From assembly GCA_007375535.1 (NCBI GenBank), contig VMEM01000006.1:1-56006 (forward strand): 56,006 nucleotides of DNA, read 5' to 3'. Under the pieces are notes generated by a model. The model saw only the letters and a program-made list of their open reading frames with translations, made no database searches and was not told the origin of the DNA. This DNA is from Parcubacteria group bacterium LiPW_41 (GTDB taxonomy: Bacteria; Patescibacteriota; Minisyncoccia; UBA6257; GWB1-50-10). The position numbers and the translations under genes are program-made. Positions 52,360-56,006 of the stretch are shown in pieces. Within the stretch, counting starts at the first letter, position 1. Each line of letters opens with the position of its first letter.

Positions 52360-53586
52360 TTAACGGAACTTCCCAACTAATTGATAGATTGGAAGAAGAA
52401 TTGAAAGCGCAATGACACCAATCACCAATCCCATAAATAGTAGTAATAATGGTTCAAGAAGTGTTGTCATCTCTTTTAATGCATTATCAACCTCCTCATC
52501 ATAAAAATCAGCAAACGTTGTCAAAATATGTTCCAATGTTCCAGTTTTCTCTCCAACAACAATCAAACTAGTAAGAAACCGAGGAAACAGATCAGGGTGT
52601 TTTGCTAATGATTCTGAAAATGGAATTCCATTTTTTATTTCTTCAATCACCTTCTCAATCGCCTTCTCATACATAATATTTCCCACCGATCGAGCAGCGA
52701 GATGTAATGATTCAATAATCGGCATCCCAGCATTAATCAAACTTGCAAGCGTTCGAGTAAATCGAACAAGCGCAATTTTTCTTAATAACTCGCGAAGGAC
52801 AGGCACCTTAAACGCAAAACGAGTAATACTTCGCCTTCCAATATCGGTTTTTCGAAACACTACAAAAAACCAGATAATTCCAGCAATAATTGCAATATCA
52901 AGAATTGGACTCCAAGCAAGTACAGAACTAATATCTAAAAGTATCCTTGTTATTACCGGAATTTGAGCTCCTCCTTGAGTAAGAGTTTTCATTAATCGAG
53001 GAAGAACAAAAACAAGAAGAAGAAACACAACACCAAGTGATGCACTTAATAAAAGCACTGGATACGCAAGAGCTCCACGAACACGTCGAACAAGGTTGTA
53101 TTCACGAGCCATGTGTCGATTCAATTCAGAAAGAGTTTCATCAAGTTTTCCTGATGCTTCTCCAGCACGAAGTAGTCCAACAAAAATTGGTGGAAAAATT
53201 TTAGGATAACTCTGAAATGTATCAGAAAGATTTCTCCCATTTTCTAAATTCGTCTTTGCTCGAACAAGTATCTCTTTCATTAATTTCTTTGTTGTATCGG
53301 AAATTAAAATATTAAGAGATTCAACAAGATCAAGTCCTGCGCGCACTGTTGCACCAAGGTTTCGAACAAGCAAGATTTTATCCAATGTAGTTACTCGCTC
53401 AAATAAAGTTATTGAATTGAGATTTCTTTTTGTGTTTTTTTCATTAGATTCATCCCCCATTATCTTCACGGGAATGTATCCTTTTTTTTCAAGAAATAAT
53501 ACTACGTCCGCCTTTGTCGGCGCATCATATTCTCCCAATTTCTGGGTACCCCTTTTTGTTGTTGCTTCGTATTTCCAAATTGGCAT
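52360..53586 (-). CDS. pilC: Type IV pilus platform protein PilC/GspF
   Basis: Two T2SSF domains: AGEASGKLDE.L, AL.YP, GE.TG.LE..L, LLEP. Confidence 0.93.
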   Translation of the reverse strand: MPIWKYEATTKRGTQKLGEYDAPTKADVVLFLEKKGYIPVKIMGDESNEKNTKRNLNSITLFERVTTLDKILLVRNLGATVRAGLDLVESLNILISDTTKKLMKEILVRAKTNLENGRNLSDTFQSYPKIFPPIFVGLLRAGEASGKLDETLSELNRHMAREYNLVRRVRGALAYPVLLLSASLGVVFLLLVFVLPRLMKTLTQGGAQIPVITRILLDISSVLAWSPILDIAIIAGIIWFFVVFRKTDIGRRSITRFAFKVPVLRELLRKIALVRFTRTLASLINAGMPIIESLHLAARSVGNIMYEKAIEKVIEEIKNGIPFSESLAKHPDLFPRFLTSLIVVGEKTGTLEHILTTFADFYDEEVDNALKEMTTLLEPLLLLFMGLVIGVIALSILLPIYQLVGKFR

Positions 53587-53590
53587 ATTT

Positions 53591-55303
53591 TTATTCGCTA
53601 ATTGTCCTGAATACTTCTTCTATAGACGTTATCCCTTGTTGTGCTTTCTTTAAACCATCTTCAAACATCGTCACCATTCCTTCTTTAATGGCGACATTAC
53701 GTATTTCACTCGATGGAGCATTCTTAATAATCAAAGGACGAATTGCGTCTGAAATTGGAAATATTTCAAACACACCAATTTGTCCAGCGAAACCAGAGCC
53801 CGCACAAACACCACATCCTTTTCCTCGATAAAGTGATGTTGGAACTTTTGCTTTCTTTCCTTTTATTGATTTAATCTGTTCACTCATCATTGTTTGAACT
53901 TCCTTCGAAACTTTGTACGACTCAACACATGAGGTACAAATCTTCCTTACAAGTCTTTGAGCAACCACAACATTAATTGTCGAAGAAAGTAAAAACGGAG
54001 CTGCGTGCATATCAATAAGACGCGGAATTGCCGACGTTGCATCATTGGTATGTAAAGACGAAAGCACTAAATGTCCGGTAAGTGCTGCATGCACTGAAAT
54101 CTCTACTGTCTCATCGTCACGAATTTCTCCAATCATGATAATATCTGGATTCTGTCTTAAAAGCGCACGAAGTCCATTTGCAAACGTCACACCCGCTTTT
54201 ACATTCACTTGTGTCTGATTGATACCAGGAACTGAGTATTCAATAGGATCTTCTATGGTGGTTATATTTACTTTTGATGTATTTAAAATCTGGAGCACCG
54301 CATAAAGCGTTGTTGTCTTTCCATGCCCAGTTGGTCCAGTCACCAAAATCATTCCATGAGGTTTTTGAATTTGTTCTTCAAATATTTTTGTTGCACCCTC
54401 CGAAAGCCCAAGATCTTCTAGAGACAGTGGTCGCGCAGAATTTTTAAGTAGACGCATTTCAACTTTCTCTCCATACATAACAGGCATCACATTAACACGA
54501 ACATCAATTCCCGACCCAATTTCAGTTTCAAACTTGAACCTTCCATCTTGTGGAATTCTATGTTCATCAATCTGAAGATTAGCAAGAATCTTTACGCGCG
54601 CCACAAGAATCGGTTCAATAATTTCATTTAAACTCAAAACTTCTTGCAATACTCCATCAACACGAAAACGAACTAAAATCTCTTTTTTTGCAAGAGGCTC
54701 AAAATGAATATCCGAAGCATTAAGAGAAACCGCATGATTCAAGATTGCATCAAGAATTGAAGTAATTGAAACCGTCTCTGCAAGCTTTGCAAGGTCTGCT
54801 GTTCCTGAAATGGAAAGAAAATTTTCAACATTTTCAGAAACAACCTTCGCAAATGTTCCCCCAATTTGTTTTTTATATTGTTTGAGTGCAAATCGCAAAC
54901 TTTGTGAAGTAGTAAAATGAACCTCAATCCACATTCCTAACTTTGCACGAAGATACTCAATAACCTCATAATTTTTTGGATCAGTAGTAGCAACACGCAC
55001 TATCTTTTTTGTTTTATCAAATTCATACGCAACGATACTGTTTGTTTTTGCATATGTTTCAGGAATCAATTCGATTATATCTTTTGGAATTACTACTCCA
55101 AGCAAATTAATTATTGGAACAGAAAAATAGGGTTCCAATAGCTCCCCTAAATAATCTTCGGTAATGTCTCCTCTTCCAATCAAGACATTAATAAGTGACT
55201 GACCAGAACGAAATGACTCTTCTTGTGCACGCAAAAAAGCCTCCTCGGTTACCACCTCAGAAGCGAGAAGAAGTTCTTTTAATTTCGCATCGGTAATGTG
55301 CAT
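53591..55303 (-). CDS. pilB: Type IV pilus assembly ATPase PilB/GspE
   Basis: MshEN-like N-terminus, ASDIHFEP, R.PQDG, GPTGHGKTTT, TIEDPIE, LRQNPDII.IGEIRD, tetracysteine motif. Confidence 0.94.
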   Translation of the reverse strand: MHITDAKLKELLLASEVVTEEAFLRAQEESFRSGQSLINVLIGRGDITEDYLGELLEPYFSVPIINLLGVVIPKDIIELIPETYAKTNSIVAYEFDKTKKIVRVATTDPKNYEVIEYLRAKLGMWIEVHFTTSQSLRFALKQYKKQIGGTFAKVVSENVENFLSISGTADLAKLAETVSITSILDAILNHAVSLNASDIHFEPLAKKEILVRFRVDGVLQEVLSLNEIIEPILVARVKILANLQIDEHRIPQDGRFKFETEIGSGIDVRVNVMPVMYGEKVEMRLLKNSARPLSLEDLGLSEGATKIFEEQIQKPHGMILVTGPTGHGKTTTLYAVLQILNTSKVNITTIEDPIEYSVPGINQTQVNVKAGVTFANGLRALLRQNPDIIMIGEIRDDETVEISVHAALTGHLVLSSLHTNDATSAIPRLIDMHAAPFLLSSTINVVVAQRLVRKICTSCVESYKVSKEVQTMMSEQIKSIKGKKAKVPTSLYRGKGCGVCAGSGFAGQIGVFEIFPISDAIRPLIIKNAPSSEIRNVAIKEGMVTMFEDGLKKAQQGITSIEEVFRTISE

Positions 55304-55360
55304 CTATATATAAGTATAACTGACCAGATACAACCCACAACTAAAGACTTGGGGAAAAAA

Positions 55361-55392
55361 CAAACCCGCCATTTATGAGGGGCGGGTTGTTT
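55361..55392. terminator. Terminator after the major pilin
   Basis: AACCCGCC-ATTTATGAG-GGCGGGTT with an A-run on its left (U-run on the - strand). Confidence 0.7.
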
Positions 55393-55405
55393 AAAATTCA
55401 TTAAT

Positions 55406-56006
55406 TTAAAAATCGTTTGTTGAAGGAAGAATTGTTAAATCAGTTCCCACTTCATATAACGTCGCATTGTTTCCTCCGTCTTTTGAACCACGGTTGTCGT
55501 TAGTGGTATATTCAGTACTTTCAAGTTTTGCGTCAATCTCATACGTTAATGGAGATTTCTTACATGCGTAACGATACATGAGATCAGCATTTGTTACCGC
55601 AGAAACAGTTCCAATTGTATTTGTAGGATCAAGTGGAAGATTCGAAATTGGAGATCCGCCAATTATTCCATTGAAGTTTACAGGAATCCAACCAGTTCCA
55701 TCGGTAACGGTTGATGCTGCTACTGTTGCTGATTGCTGCCATGATGTTCCCGCTTGTGTCCATCCTGATGGTGGTGTTGCATCCGAAATTGTTGCTACCG
55801 CAGTTGGCACGCTTACCCAAAGTTCTTCATTTGCTCCCGTTCCCCCGTCACATTTGTCATTTATTGTTCCACCCGTTCCATCAAGCTGAGGACTAGAAGT
55901 AGTAGTAAGATACATTCCGAATGCTGACTTCATTGTTGCAAGATCGGAAATACGCTGTGAATCGCGCGACTTCTGTAGTGTCTCAGTTGGATTGATAACA
56001 ATAACC
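55406..56006 (-). CDS. Probable major type IV pilin (5' end beyond the window)
   Basis: Frame is open to the window edge: VIVINPTETLQKSRDSQRISDLATMKSA..., a pilin alpha1 helix; has its own terminator. Confidence 0.8.
   Translation of the reverse strand, partial: VIVINPTETLQKSRDSQRISDLATMKSAFGMYLTTTSSPQLDGTGGTINDKCDGGTGANEELWVSVPTAVATISDATPPSGWTQAGTSWQQSATVAASTVTDGTGWIPVNFNGIIGGSPISNLPLDPTNTIGTVSAVTNADLMYRYACKKSPLTYEIDAKLESTEYTTNDNRGSKDGGNNATLYEVGTDLTILPSTNDF

Noticed and set aside
358-55896. Dozens of 60-240-aa ORFs in the track overlapping called genes (e.g. 7105-7581, 14896-15615, 49224-49625, 49716-50114)
   Set aside because: Antisense or alternate-frame shadows of well-supported CDSs, with no motifs or expression signals
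1-56006. CRISPR array, rRNA, transposase/integrase, prophage
   Set aside because: No regularly spaced 25-45-nt repeats, no rRNA-like segment, and no DDE, HUH, tyrosine/serine recombinase, terminase or capsid ORF recognised
1-56006. Alternative genetic code 25 (TGA=Gly)
   Set aside because: Conserved genes are full length under code 11, and TGA ends several of them at expected positions (e.g. thpR, rmuC, ATGA overlaps)

Overview
AT-rich bacterial chromosomal window using the standard code (TGA acts as a stop). It is most consistent with a Patescibacteria/CPR genome, probably Parcubacteria (inference from gene content: rplI present, CPR-style type IV pilus locus, compact housekeeping genes). 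The left third is mostly + strand: lexA, DEAD-box helicase, fmt/def, thpR, ctpA, rplI/rpmA, tRNA-Leu(GAG) inside an islet of tiny single-gene cassettes, rmuC, secA and small accessory enzymes. Gene polarity flips to - at about 20.2-20.6 kb, where a palindromic 11-6-11 dif-like site lies (candidate replication terminus). It is followed by M23 peptidase, gltX, murG, ftsW, a degenerate D-aminoacylase in the usual murD position, mraY, a DD-carboxypeptidase, scpB/scpA, ychF, dnaX, an HTH-LAGLIDADG-like ORF whose stop codon lies inside tRNA-Gln(TTG), gmk and an ECF sigma pair. A type IV pilus locus occupies 40.3-56 kb, with an embedded fibre/glycosyltransferase/beta-lactamase-fold/methyltransferase cassette. 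The strongest undescribed candidates are: (1) a promoter- and terminator-defined ~85-nt sRNA divergent from secA whose 5' end is complementary to the loop of a long secA leader hairpin; (2) the nuclease-like ORF that borrows its stop codon from tRNA-Gln; (3) the dif-like site and palindrome cluster; (4) the pseudo-amidohydrolase in the dcw cluster; (5) the pilus-linked fibre-modification cassette; (6) a 191-nt rod hairpin and a tRNA-Leu-derived structured element. No rRNA, CRISPR array, transposase, integrase or prophage core genes were seen. All family assignments come from motif recognition by eye, not database searches.
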